From contig OZ336874.1 of NCBI GenBank assembly GCA_965287045.1, positions 88,660,001-88,724,000 on the forward strand: a stretch of DNA of 64,000 bases, given 5' to 3'. Position 1 is the stretch's first letter; each line of letters opens with the position of its first letter. The notes beneath the pieces are model-generated. The model saw only the letters and a list, made by a program, of their open reading frames with translations, was not told the DNA's origin and ran no database searches. Both the position numbers and the translations under genes were made by a program. This document shows positions 38,161 to 49,534 of the stretch, one piece after another. This DNA is from Carcharhinus amblyrhynchos (taxonomy: Eukaryota).

Positions 38161-39163
38161 CCTCAGCTATTTACCATTTATATAGATGATCTGGCGGAGG
38201 GAGCCGAGTGTAAGGTGTCGAAATTTGCTGATGACACAAAGATAAGTGGAAAAGCAAATTGTGCGGAGGGTGTGGAAAGTCTGCAGAGGGATCTAGATAG
38301 GCTGAGCAAGTGGGCGAGAACCTGGCAGATGGAATACAATGTTGGCAAGTGTGAGGTTATCCACTTTGGTAGGAATAATGGTAGGAAGGACTATTACTTA
38401 CGGGGCGAAAAACTGCAGCAGGCGACGGTGCAGAGGGACCTCGGGGTCCTTGTGCATGAGTCGCAAAAACCCAGCTTGCAGGTGCAGCAGGTGGTCAGGA
38501 AGGCGAATGGGATGCTGGCCTTCATCGCGAGGGGGATTGAATATAAAAGTAGGGAGGTCTTGCTGCAGCTGTATAGGGCATTGGTGAGGCTGCAGCTGGA
38601 GTACTGTGTGCAGTTTTGGGTGCCGCACCTGAGCAAAGATATTTTGGCCTTGGAGGGAGTGCAGAGGAGGTTTACTAGGCTGATACCAGAGTTGAGGGGG
38701 TTGAGCTATGAGGAGAGGCTGAATAAGCTAGGCTTGTACTCGTTAGAGTTTAGAAGAATGAGGGGAGATCTCATTGAGATGTATAAGATGATGAATGGGA
38801 TGGATAGGATAGAGGTGGAGAGACTCTTCCCACTCAAAAAAGACAGTAGGACTAGGGGGCACAGCCTCAAGATAAAAGGGGGGCGGTTTAGAACGGAGTT
38901 GAGGAGGAACTTCTTCACTCAAAGGGTGGTGAATCTCTGGAATTCTCTGCCCGTTGAAGTGGTGGAGGCTGCCTCGCTCAATATTTTTAAGACGCGGGTT
39001 GATGGGTTTTTGATAAGAAAGGGGATTAAGGGTTATGGGGAGAGGGCGGGAATGTGGAACTGAGCCGCGACAGATCAGCCATGATCTTATTGAATGGCGG
39101 GGCAGGCTCGAAGGGCTGGATGGCCTACTCCTGCTCCTATTTCTTATGTTCTTATGTTCTTAT
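38161..39163 (+). mobile_element. Young CR1 LINE, 5'-truncated, with an open ORF2 C-terminal part (38215-39063, 282 aa)
   Basis: SKFADDTK RT catalytic motif, LQRDLDRL..W..WQMEYNVGKC, through to the natural stop; (ttcttatg)3 tail. Confidence 0.96.
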
Positions 39164-39583
39164 GTACTCGTTGGAGTTTAGAAGGATGAGGGGAGATCTC
39201 ATTGAGACGTATAAGATGATGAAAGGGATGGATAGGGTAGAGGTGGAGAGGCTCTTCCCGCTCAGGAAGGACAGCAGGACTAGAGGGCACAGCCTCAAGA
39301 TAAGGGGAAGGCAGTTTAGAACAGAGTTGAGGAGGAACTTCTTCATTCAAAGGATGTGAATCTCTGGAATTCTCTGCCCGTTGAAGTGGTGGAGGCTGCC
39401 TCGCTAAATATATTTAAGACGCGGGTAGATAGGTTTTTGGTAGGCAAGGGAATTAAGGGTTATGAGGAGAAAGTGGGAATGTGGAACTGAGCCACTTCAG
39501 ATCAGCCATGATCTTATTGAATGGCGGGGCAGGCTCGAGGGGCTGGATGGCCTACTCCTACTCCTATTTCTTATGTTCTTATG
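39163..39583 (+). mobile_element. Second CR1 3' fragment in tandem, joined to the tail of the preceding copy
   Basis: YSLEFRRMRGDLIETYKMMKG..RTRGHSLK; has its own 3' UTR and (ttcttatg)2 tail; many substitutions relative to the upstream copy. Confidence 0.93.
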
Positions 39584-39949
39584 TAATCCAAGACAGTCAA
39601 CCTCACTGTTAACCACCCAGCCAATTTTTGTGTCATTGGCAAACTTAGCAATCCTAACCCCCCCGCCCCCCTCCCCGCACATAGTCATCAAACTAAAGGT
39701 GTTTTTTCATTATCATAACTTCCTGCTCTTCTCTCTGTTGTTCTTCCACCCCAGCCTGACCAGGCAGCAGTTCTCAGATATCTGAAAGGAGAAATGCAGA
39801 AGTGTAGGATTGAGGTGAGGGACAAAGGGAAAGCAGGAGGAGTATACTTGTACCATCCATGGCCTGTAGGTGAGAAGAGTATTGGGAATGAGTGGGAGGA
39901 GATATGTAAGAGGAGGATTTAGCATGAGGATACTGTCAGCTTCTATCTT

Positions 39950-40580
39950 TTCACTTCACCACAGGTCACGGCTTCAGCAATAGCTGCTGTAATGATATTA
40001 AGTACCATCTACTACGTGGGTATGAAGACACGCACCCTTTCCTAACATTCACTGGTTACCACCTGCTGCCTCCTGTTGTGCATGAACTTGTCCTGCAAGA
40101 AAGAGAGGTGAATGTGCTGCAATCTGTGAGTCAGCTGTGGCTGTTATGCTTGCATAGCTGGCATTGTGTGCAACCTATGCAATATGTGTGAGCCAGGACT
40201 ATGTTTGTGGGGGGTGAGGTGAAGCTATGAGTATTGGTTGCAAGTCCTGATTGATAGAAATTGCTGGTAGGTGATTGACAATGTTGTGGTGATTTGAGGT
40301 TTCTGGTTCAGTATTTGATATTACATTTCACTGATCTTGCGCATTTGAGTAGGGTTACTGATTTTTTTGTAGCACTTTATCCAGATCCTTAGGGCTTGAC
40401 GCCTCGCCTTAATCTTCAAGACCATCTAGTCCCACTAGCAACTGAGAGCTTATCTGGAGGATATCGAGGACTAGGATGTCCTCCAGATAAGAGTTGTGAA
40501 TAGATCACAACTCTTCTCCTCTGTGCATCTTCTCAATCAAGATGCAATGCAGCATCAAAAAATGTTGGGAGCCTGTATTT
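39950..40580 (-). mobile_element. Decayed Harbinger-type Myb/SANT gene remnant
   Basis: Minus-strand pieces resembling AP.F.DA.L, RIWIKCYKKISNPTQ (cf. W.QC.KKFNDL) and cttgcag|DKFMHNRRQQ. Confidence 0.4.
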
Positions 40581-40854
40581 CCCATGTTGTGCCATTGTTG
40601 CATCCTTTTTCGGATCAGGATCAGTTCTAGAATTATTTCCAGCACTTGGTCCAGCCACAATATACCTCCACTTTAAAAGGTTCAGACTAGCTTTAACCCA
40701 GCTTTAACTGGTGCTGGGCTCTCACAAGTTTGAGCCTCTTGTCAAGATATGCAACCATTCAAATGGATAATACTCTATCTGGATCCCTTCATCCACTTTC
40801 AGAGATTATCCAAATCAGCCCCTGTAATATTACTGCTCTTTAATTATCAACTTC

Positions 40855-41149
40855 TGGTACAGTGGCACAATGCTTAACACTGTTGCCTCACGGCACCAGC
40901 GACCCAGGTTCAATTTCTGGCTTGGATCACTGTCTGTGCAGAGTTTGCACATTCTCCCCATATCTGTATGGATTTCCTCCAGGTACTCTGGTTTCCTCCC
41001 ACAATCTGAAAGACATGCAGGTTAGGTGCATTGGCCATGCTAAATTCTCCCTCAATATACCTGAACAAATGCTGGAGTGTGGTGACTAGCGGATTTTTAC
41101 AGTAACTTCATTGCAGTGTTAATATAAGACCTCTCGTGATACTAATAAA
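40855..41149 (+). mobile_element. V-SINE with alternative (non-CR1) tail
   Basis: HE1 head and V-domain, then ..ggagtgtggtgactagcggatttttacagtaacttcattgcagtgttaat..gtgatactaataaa. Confidence 0.88.
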
Positions 41150-41167
41150 TTTTAAACTTGTTTTCAT

Positions 41168-41475
41168 TGAATCCCTACAGTGCAGAAGGAGGCCACTTGG
41201 CCCATCGAGTCTACACTGACTAAAATCCCATTCATATTCCCATAACCCCACATATTTACCCTGCTACCCTCCTGTGATGAGGGTCAATTTAGCATGGTCA
41301 ATCAGCCTAAGCAGCACATCTTTGGACTGTGGGGAGAAACTGGAGCACTTGGAGGAAACCCACGCAGACACGGAGAGAATGTGCAAACTCCACACAGACA
41401 GTGACCTGAGGCCGGAATTGAACCTGGGTGCCTGGCACTGAGGTAGCAGTGCTAACCACTGTGCCACCATGCTGC
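41168..41475 (-). mobile_element. Full-length HE1-type V-SINE with CR1 tail
   Basis: Minus strand reads gcagcatggtggcacagtggttagcactgct..ggttcaattccggc, then V-domain and tail ccttctgcactgtagggattc. Confidence 0.93.
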
Positions 41476-41544
41476 TCAATTTGATCCCTTAGTTGCTTTC
41501 ACACTATCTTCATTTGCCTTTTGTTGCTCATGTGAACAAACAAA

Positions 41545-42275
41545 GAATAAGGAAAATTACTGTGCTGAAACAGGCCCTTCGGTCCTCCAAGCATGCACCA
41601 ATCATGTTACACGATTTAACTAAAACCCATTACTCTTCCAGAGATCATATCCCTCTATTCCCATCCTATTCATGTATTTGTCAAGACTCTTTAAAAGTCA
41701 CTACTGTATCGGCTTCCACGACTTCCCCCGGCAACGAGTTCCAGGCACCCACCATCCTTTGTATAAAAAATCTGCCTAGTACATCTCCTTTAAGCCTTGC
41801 CCTTTGCACTTTAAACCTGTGCCCCCTTAGTAATTGTCTCTTCCACCCTGGGAAAAAGCTTCTGACTATCCACTCTGTCCTTGCCTCTCATAATTTTGTA
41901 ACCTTCTATCAGGTCGTCCCTCAACCTCCATCATTCCAGTGAGAACAAACCAAGTTTCTCCAACCTCTCCTCATAGCTAATACCTTCCATACCAGGCAAC
42001 ATCCTGGTAAATCTTTACTGTACCCTCTCCAAATCCTCCACACCCTTTTGGTAGTGTGCGACCAGAATTGAACACAACATTCCAAGTGTGGTCTAACTAA
42101 AGTTCTATAAAGCTGCAACATGACTTGCTAATTTTTAAACTCAATGCCCCGGCTGATGAAGGCAAGCATCCAAATGCCTTCTCCACCTGCATTGCCACTT
42201 TCAGTGACCTGTGTACCTGTACACCCAGGTCCCTTTGCCTATCAATACTCGTAAGGATTCTGCCATTTACTGTAC
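41545..42275 (-). mobile_element. CR1 LINE 3' fragment (another subfamily)
   Basis: MLQLYRTLVRPHLECCVQFWS; 3' UTR aggcccttcggtcctcc. Confidence 0.88.
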
Positions 42276-44210
42276 ATGCTTATGGATACTTTAACAATTT
42301 CTTTATACATTTTTTGACATTTTCATTTTGTGTTTGCTCTTTGCTTTCCTAATTAACTTTTTTTTTCCTAAACTCATCATTTTCCTACCAATTTCTGTTA
42401 ATTATCTCTGTTACACAACGTTAGCACTCCAATCTGAATGATTCCAATGATTTATCTGCCATTACCTTGCACACTTACAAAGCACTTGGCAGAGTCTGGT
42501 GCAATGCATTGCTAAGCAAGTTGCCAACATATGTGGTTTCCCTCCAAAGCTATATTTATGGCTGCCTAGTTTCATCTCAGATTGCTTTTTCATACTGTAA
42601 TCTTATCCTCTGACATGTAAACCAGACTGGGTAAGGGCAGCGGGCTCCTTTCCCTGAAGAACATAAGTGAAACAGTTGGGTTTTAGAGTAAAATTACAAG
42701 CTTTCTTCTTTTTTCCTGATGCCAGCTAGAAATTACTAGATTTAGTGAAATTAGTTTGATATCTTGCCCATAGCAAGATTTGAATTCACTATTGCTTTCG
42801 GTCTAGGCCTATGATGACGACTGGACCAGTCCTCTTGCACCACAATTATATCTTGACCTTCACCATAACCTCAAATAAAAATGTTGCTTCTAACGAATCT
42901 TCAAAGGCACATATTTTTAATGTCTCTCACAAATCCAACCAACAGCTACCACCATCTTTGATAACAGTATCATAAACCTGGAAAAGGAGCTGCAAATGTT
43001 GGAAATTTCCACAGGCTTACATTGTTTAGCTAAAATTCAAGACTTTGACTCTCCAGGAGCCACTTCTGTTTTGTGGAAACTAACCCCAAAAACATTCAGT
43101 AAAACCATGTATAAGGGTCATAAACTGAGTAAACAAACTATGCTCACTGGTGGGGATATTTACTGCTTCTCACTGCTGCCCCTGGTGTATCCTTGAAGTC
43201 TCTAGTCTCCTTCGGTGCATTTCAAAAACATGCAACTGTTAGACAGAATTTCAAAATAAGTAAAAAAGAAATCTTCGACAGAAGTGGGTGACTCTTCAGA
43301 AGGAAAATATCTTCGAATGAGGAGATGACATGCATAATTTTATTGCATTTAAATGTTCTGTGTAGTTTTTAGAGGCATTATAAAAAGGCAGTCTCTTTCA
43401 GCATTAATGCAATCTTCTTTGATTTACTGTAATTTATACCATATGATATTTATGTGAAGGTTGGAATATGTAAAGCAGGATCTTGTGTAGGTTTGATTTT
43501 TGATAGTCCTTTAAATTCAGCCTATTTATGCCTGCTGAACATTTCTTGAAGCACTTAAATCTGCACAATCAGTGCATTGTTTAAATAGCAGCTGCACAAA
43601 TTCATTTCACGACGGCCAGGCATTAGCAGTGTTTTGCGATGTAAGAAGTTATAAAACTAGACTATGAATAGAATATTATTAATTATCAAAAGTAGGAAGG
43701 ATGGCTTGGGTTCTGATAAAAATTGCTTAAGATTTGATTTAATGGAGGCGCATCAGTTGCTCAAAATAGAATGGGCATATTTATTACAAAGCAGAACAAT
43801 ATTATGCAAACAGAGCAATGTTTGGTGAATATGTTCAGGTAATTGTCCAGTTATACATTTATGATTTTCATTTTGATCTTTAGCTGCACGGCACATATTA
43901 ACATTCAGTTGAATTATGTGTAATGTCCTTCTGAATGTTGAGCAGCTGTACCTTTGAATTCATAGATAAATCAGAATGAAGTAGCAATCACTGACTAAAT
44001 AAACTGTGTGGTAAAGAAAGCATTGTGACAGGAAACAAAATTAAAATATACAAACACCTAGCTAAACATTCCTTTTTGAATGAATCAGGTTAATTCTTAA
44101 GCAAGCACTAAAAATGATTGTAAGAAATATTAACTTGCTGTCCATCTCAGAGGAAATAAGTTTGTCTGAGAATCTTTGTGTACTTTACTGTAAATATTAT
44201 ATTTTTGTCC

Positions 44211-44564
44211 ACTTAAATATGACACCACTTTCGCAGGAGAAATGAAGTGCTGAATGTAATGTGCTTGTGTGTGTGAGAGAGAGCAAGAGAGAAACAGATT
44301 GAGGGAGAGTAAAATAGGAAACTTTATTTGTTTAAACAGACATATATCATCCTGCATTCTACTTCACAAATAGCCAAAAGACACTATTTCCTTAATGGTC
44401 CACACTTTGGTACATCTTATAAGTATCCCCTCTTAAACACTAATTTTGCATTCTTTAATAATTGCCAGTTCTTTTTGAAACTTATGATTGTTTTACGTTC
44501 CACTGCATGAGGGTGACAATAAATTGTATCTCGGAACCGATTTCACCAGGAACTCTCAAACGTA
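44211..44564 (+). repeat. Non-repeat donor segment whose inverted copy lies at 44968-45324
   Basis: Reverse-complement match of about 90% (roughly 33 differences counted over about 355 bp). Confidence 0.95.
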
Positions 44565-44860
44565 ATGGAAAAAAGTAAATGGATTTTTGGGAACAAGAAG
44601 TACTTGTGAAGGCAAAGAAGCAACTTTAAAATAAAAAGAAATTCTTGCTTGACAACCAAGTGCCTGAAAGTGCTTTACAGCCAATGAGGTACTTTTGAAG
44701 GCAGTTACTTTTCTAATATAGGAATCATAGCACCCAATTTGTGCACAGCAAGCTTCAACAAACAGTAGTGTGATAGCAATCAGAAAAACTGTGGTTGTGT
44801 CATTGATTGAGGGATCAATATTGGCTGGGACAGCAGGAATATTTTCTCTACTCTTTTGAG

Positions 44861-45690
44861 TTGATTTGATTTATTATTGTCACATGTATTGGTATACACT
44901 GAAAAGTATTGTTTCTTGCATGTCTTTTATAGAGTACATAGGGGAGAAGGAAAGGAGAGAGTGCATCTACGTTTTAAAGTTCCTGTTGAAATCAGTCCTG
45001 AAATACAATTTATTGTCACCTTCATGCAGTGGAACATAAAACAATCATAAGTTTCAAAAAGAACTGGCAATTGTTAAAGAAGGCAATGTAAGTGTTTAAG
45101 AGGGGATACTTATAAGATGTACTAAAGTGTAGGTCATCAAGGGAATAGTGTCGTTTGGCTATTTGTGAGGTAGAATGCAGGATGATATATGTCTGCTTAG
45201 ACAAGTAAATGTTTCCTATATTGCTCTCCCTCCATCTGTCTCTCTCTTGCTCTCTCACACACACACACAAGCACAATACATTCAGCACTTCACTTCTCCT
45301 GCGAAAGTGGTGTCATATTTAAGTCGTAGCTAGGCTATAGAAAAAGATCAACATAATATAAGGTAGGTTCATTCAAAAGTCTGATGCAGCAGGAAAGAAG
45401 CTGTTTTTGAGTCAGTTGGTACACGGTTTCAGACTTTTGGATCTTTTTGCCGACGGAAGAAGATGAAAGAGAATATGGCTGGTTATGTTGGGTCCTTGAT
45501 TATGCTGGCTGCTTTTCCGAGGCAGTGGAAAGTGTAGACAGTCAATGGATGGGAGGCTGCTTTGTGTGATGGACTGAGCTATGTTCATGATCATTTGTAG
45601 TTTCTTCTGGCCTTGGTCAGAGAAGGAGCCCTTACCAAGTTGCGATATGTCTGGAAAGGATGTTTTCTATGGTTCATCTGTAAGAAATTG
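44861..45690 (-). mobile_element. Rex1/Babar LINE 3' fragment, interrupted in its 3' UTR at 44968-45324
   Basis: (ttgat)n tail at 44861; colinear with 29386-29870 on both sides of the insert; MNIAQSITQSSLPSID..LFHLLPSAKR. Confidence 0.9.
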
Positions 45691-45757
45691 ATGCCCTTCT
45701 TCAAAGTAGTGTTATAAGATCTTTTATATCCACCTGACTGGTCAGGTAAGCCTAGGT

Positions 45758-46954
45758 TTAGAACATAGAACATTACAGCGCAGTACAGGCCCTTCGGCCC
45801 TCGATGTTGCGCCGACCAGTGGAATGAATTTAATGACCCTCTAACCTAAACTATTCCAATATTATCTATATGCCTATCCAATGACCATTTGAATGCCCTT
45901 AAAGTTGGCGAGTCCACAACTGCTGCAGGCAGGGCATTCCACGCCCTTACTATCCTCTGAGTAAAGAACCTACCTCTGACATCCATCCTATAATTACCAC
46001 CCCTTAATTTAAAGCTATGTCCCCTAGTGTTAGCCATCATCATCTGAGAAAAAAAGCTCTCACTGTCCACCCTATCTAATCCCCTGATCATCTTGTATGC
46101 CTCAATTAGGTCACCTCTTAACCTTCTTTTCTCTAACGAAAACAACCTCAAGTCCCTCAGCCTTTCCTCATAAGACCTTCCCACCATACCAGGCAACATC
46201 CTGGTAAACCTCCTCTGCACCCTTTCCAATGCTTCCACATCTTTCTTATAATGCGGCAACCAGAACTGTACGCAATACTCCAAGTGCGGCCACACCCAAA
46301 TTTTGTACAGTTGCAACATGATCTCACGGCTCCAAAATTCAATCCCTCACACTGTACACCTTCTTAACAACCTTATCAACCCGGGTGCCAACTTTCAGAG
46401 ATCTATGCACATGTACACCGAGATGTCTCTGCCCGTCAACACTACTAAGAGTCCTTCCATTAGCCCTATATTCTGTAATCCCGTTACTCTTACCAAAGTG
46501 AATCTCCTCACACTTATCCGCATTAAACTCCATTTGCCACCTCTCAGCCCAGCTCTGCAGCTTATCTATGTCCCTCTGCAAACTGTAACATCCATCCTCA
46601 CTGTCTACAACTCCTCCGACTTTAGTGTCGTCCACAAATTTACTAACCCATCCTTCTACACCCTCATCTATATCATTTATAAAAATGACAAACAGCAGTG
46701 GCCCCAAAACAGATCCCTGCGGTACACCACTAGTAACTGAACTCCAGGTTGAATATTTCCCATGAACCACCACCCTCTGTCTTCTATCAGCTAGCCAATT
46801 CCTGATCCAAGCTGCTATATCACCCTCAATCCCATGCATCCGTATTTTCTGCAGTAGCTTACCATGGGGAACCTTATCAAATGCTTTGCTGTAATCCATA
46901 TATACCACATCAACTGCTTTACCCTTATCCACCTCTTTGGTCACCTTCTCAAAG
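45758..46954 (-). mobile_element. CR1 LINE, 5'-truncated RT region
   Basis: VDVVYMDYSKAFDKVPH..GVPQGSVLGPLLFVIFIND..KFVDDTK and LEYCVQFWLPHYKKD..TRGHSFKL; ttctatgttct tail. Confidence 0.95.
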
Positions 46955-47787
46955 TGTCTGACCCAAAAGATGGTCTCTCCCAGATTGTAGCACTCCCACA
47001 ATATTACTTCCATTTCTGGTCATTTATAATGGCTTCAGAATATATTTTTAGCAAATGGCATTGAAGTGTTGCTGGGTTAGAAATATACCATGCATATAAT
47101 CATGATCAAATCCATGTAACAGGCATTTGTTATTCCCAGACTAGTGCAAACAAAACCATGCCCGATCTGACTGGCTGAATGTTGTGTTCAGCTTATTATC
47201 TAGCACTGTATGTTTAGCGAATGTTTCAATGTGTAAATGGGGTATGGTGTAGAAGTGCAGCTGTTAACACTTCAGAGCATCATCAAAATAAAGAGAAAAA
47301 ATACACACTCAAAACATTAAACTCTATTGACTGATTTCACAGGTGAGGTCTAATTGACCTTCACCAATGCTACCCTTTTAATAAATTAACAATAAAGATA
47401 ATTTGTCTTTCCTAATAGCTCCAGTTATCATTATTTGATGCTCCATTATGTGCACCACAACGTCTACAGAAAATGCTGCTTCATTGTATGAATTATTGAC
47501 AACTATTATTGGCCACAATTAAGATTAGAAAACCACTTATTTTGTTTTTTTTCTCTTTTTTAACTTTGATTGTGTTATCATCTACAACAAGCTGGGAACC
47601 ACATCTTGTAGTTTATGACTATATTGGAACTGGTTGATGGGAGTGACGTTTTATGGTAGCCACGTGATTCAATTTATGATGCTGGAAAATAAAACGGTTT
47701 TCCTGGAGCATAAAGAATACCTCTAGGTAATCTTTCAGCTAAATACGCAGCCTCACAGGCTATCTGCCCTATTAAATTTAAGTTTAA

Positions 47788-48083
47788 TTATTAGTGTTAC
47801 AAGTAGACTTACATTAACACTGCAATGAAGTTACTGTGAAAATCCCCTAGCTGCCACACTCTAGCGCCTGTTTGGGTACATTGAGGGTAAATTTAGCATG
47901 GCCAACACACCTAAACAATATGTCTTTCAGATTTGTGAGAGGAAGCTAGGGCACCTGGAGGAAACACACACAGACATTGGGAGAATGTGAGATTCCACAC
48001 AGACAGTGGCCCAAGGCTGGAAGTGAACCTAGGTCCCTGGCGCCGTGAGGCAACAGTGCTAACCACTGTGCCATCATGCCGCC
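47788..48083 (-). mobile_element. V-SINE with alternative (non-CR1) tail
   Basis: Same head, V-domain and tail (ggggattttcacagtaacttcattgcagtgttaatgtaagtctacttgtaacactaataa) as 40855-41149. Confidence 0.88.
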
Positions 48084-49534
48084 CCAATATTATCCTGGTA
48101 ATACAAACATTGCAGCCCAGTCTCAAAACTTTCTTCTCCTATCCATCTTACCCAGCCACATTTTTTTTATTCTCAGTTTGTACAGCATTAAGGAAATCAA
48201 TACATTGTAATAATAAACCTTTTCATAACTTCCCAAAATAATTAAAAGAATGTGTCTTTAAAATTCCACTTTCACTGCTGTATAATACATATTTATATGA
48301 AGGCTTAGTGAAGAAAATCACATTGACACATCATGCTTCTGCATTGGTGCTCCATAGTTTTCTGCGTGCAAGGGAATTTGGAGAAAAATAGATTATTCCC
48401 TTCAGCATTTTGTTCTTTTTTTGTCCTGTCCTCTTATTGTTGGCACTAACTCATGGTAGTGTGAGCCATAACAGTGTTGCAGGCTATTAGCCTGTAGAGA
48501 CATCATCACTAAAATCTGAGTTTGTCCTCCCCCAAAGCTCCGTGCACATTTACTTTCTATTGGCGTCCATTGAATAAACTAGGCAAAACCAACTGAACTC
48601 AGGGACATTAAGGCTATATTATTGTATTGCCACCGCCACACCACACATGCCAGGCTTGGAATCGCAGACCTACCTGGTATACATGGCACAATACCACAAT
48701 GGACAGCTAACTTATCAGCTAAGCCACCAAAGAAATCTTTTGTACATTCCAAGGTAAAACATTAATGATTTGTATTTGTTGAAAAAAAAATTCCAACAGT
48801 GTGGGTAGTTTTATAGTCAATAGTTGGGTTGTAATGGTTTTTTTCTGTGAAAATGCACAGGAAAACCAGTTATAACAAATGCATCAGTGTTCCAATGGCC
48901 TCTGTCCAAGCCAGATGCCTCTTGATCCATTAAGAATGCAAGAACATAGACAGACTTTCACATACAGTAATCATTTACATGGATGTTGGGCTTTAAAAGC
49001 CATAGAGTGGAAACACACAGTAATGTGACTTTTACTGTATAATTGCCAGGAGGCTTTATGATCACAAGATAGATATTTACAAAATTTAAGACTCCAAATG
49101 TTGGCCAGTTTGGATGGGTGGGTGGGGGAGGAGGGAAGTTAAAATATTGCAAACTAAAGAAGATGCTACACAGACAATATTGTACCTAGATGGGTGTAAC
49201 GACATACATACACTGCATGCAAATAAGTTTTCTTCTCCAATTAAAGGCAGCAAATCAAGCTCATGGCAACAGCTTGTTTACTTTGAACAAAAGACCCCAC
49301 TCTTAAAATAACGTATAGAGGGAGGGATGTTTTTTGCTTGTACATTTTTTGTTCAAAGTCATCTGTTTTGGAGCTTGATACTGTGGTTCCCCCAACCCAG
49401 TGCTATTTCTGCAGGTAATCCCTGATCACTCAATGCTCCATTCATTTAGTTTCAGTTCTCACCTCTGAATCAGATAGCTAGTTGCAGCTTTAAGCTCCAT
49501 TCAAACACAAAATCTAGGCTGCCACATTATTGCA

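Larger units (their letters stand above)
37348..39680 (-). mobile_element. Older CR1 LINE (37348-38162 and 39584-39680), split by younger CR1 copies
   Basis: ALEWVQRRFTRMLSGM..; VVKKAYGTLAFI..ELYRTLVRPQLEYCVQ; resumes with KFANDTKIGWVVNSEVDCLG; tail matches the HE1 tail. Confidence 0.88.
44640..47010 (-). mobile_element. Deu-domain SINE split into three pieces (44640-44859, 45695-45760, 46954-47010)
   Basis: The pieces join colinearly (..ttggctgggaca..ctct | cttcttcaaagtagtg..gatcttttatatccacctga..ggttta | tgtctgacccaaaagatgg..gcactccc), in the same order as the copy at 54800-55105. Confidence 0.75.
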
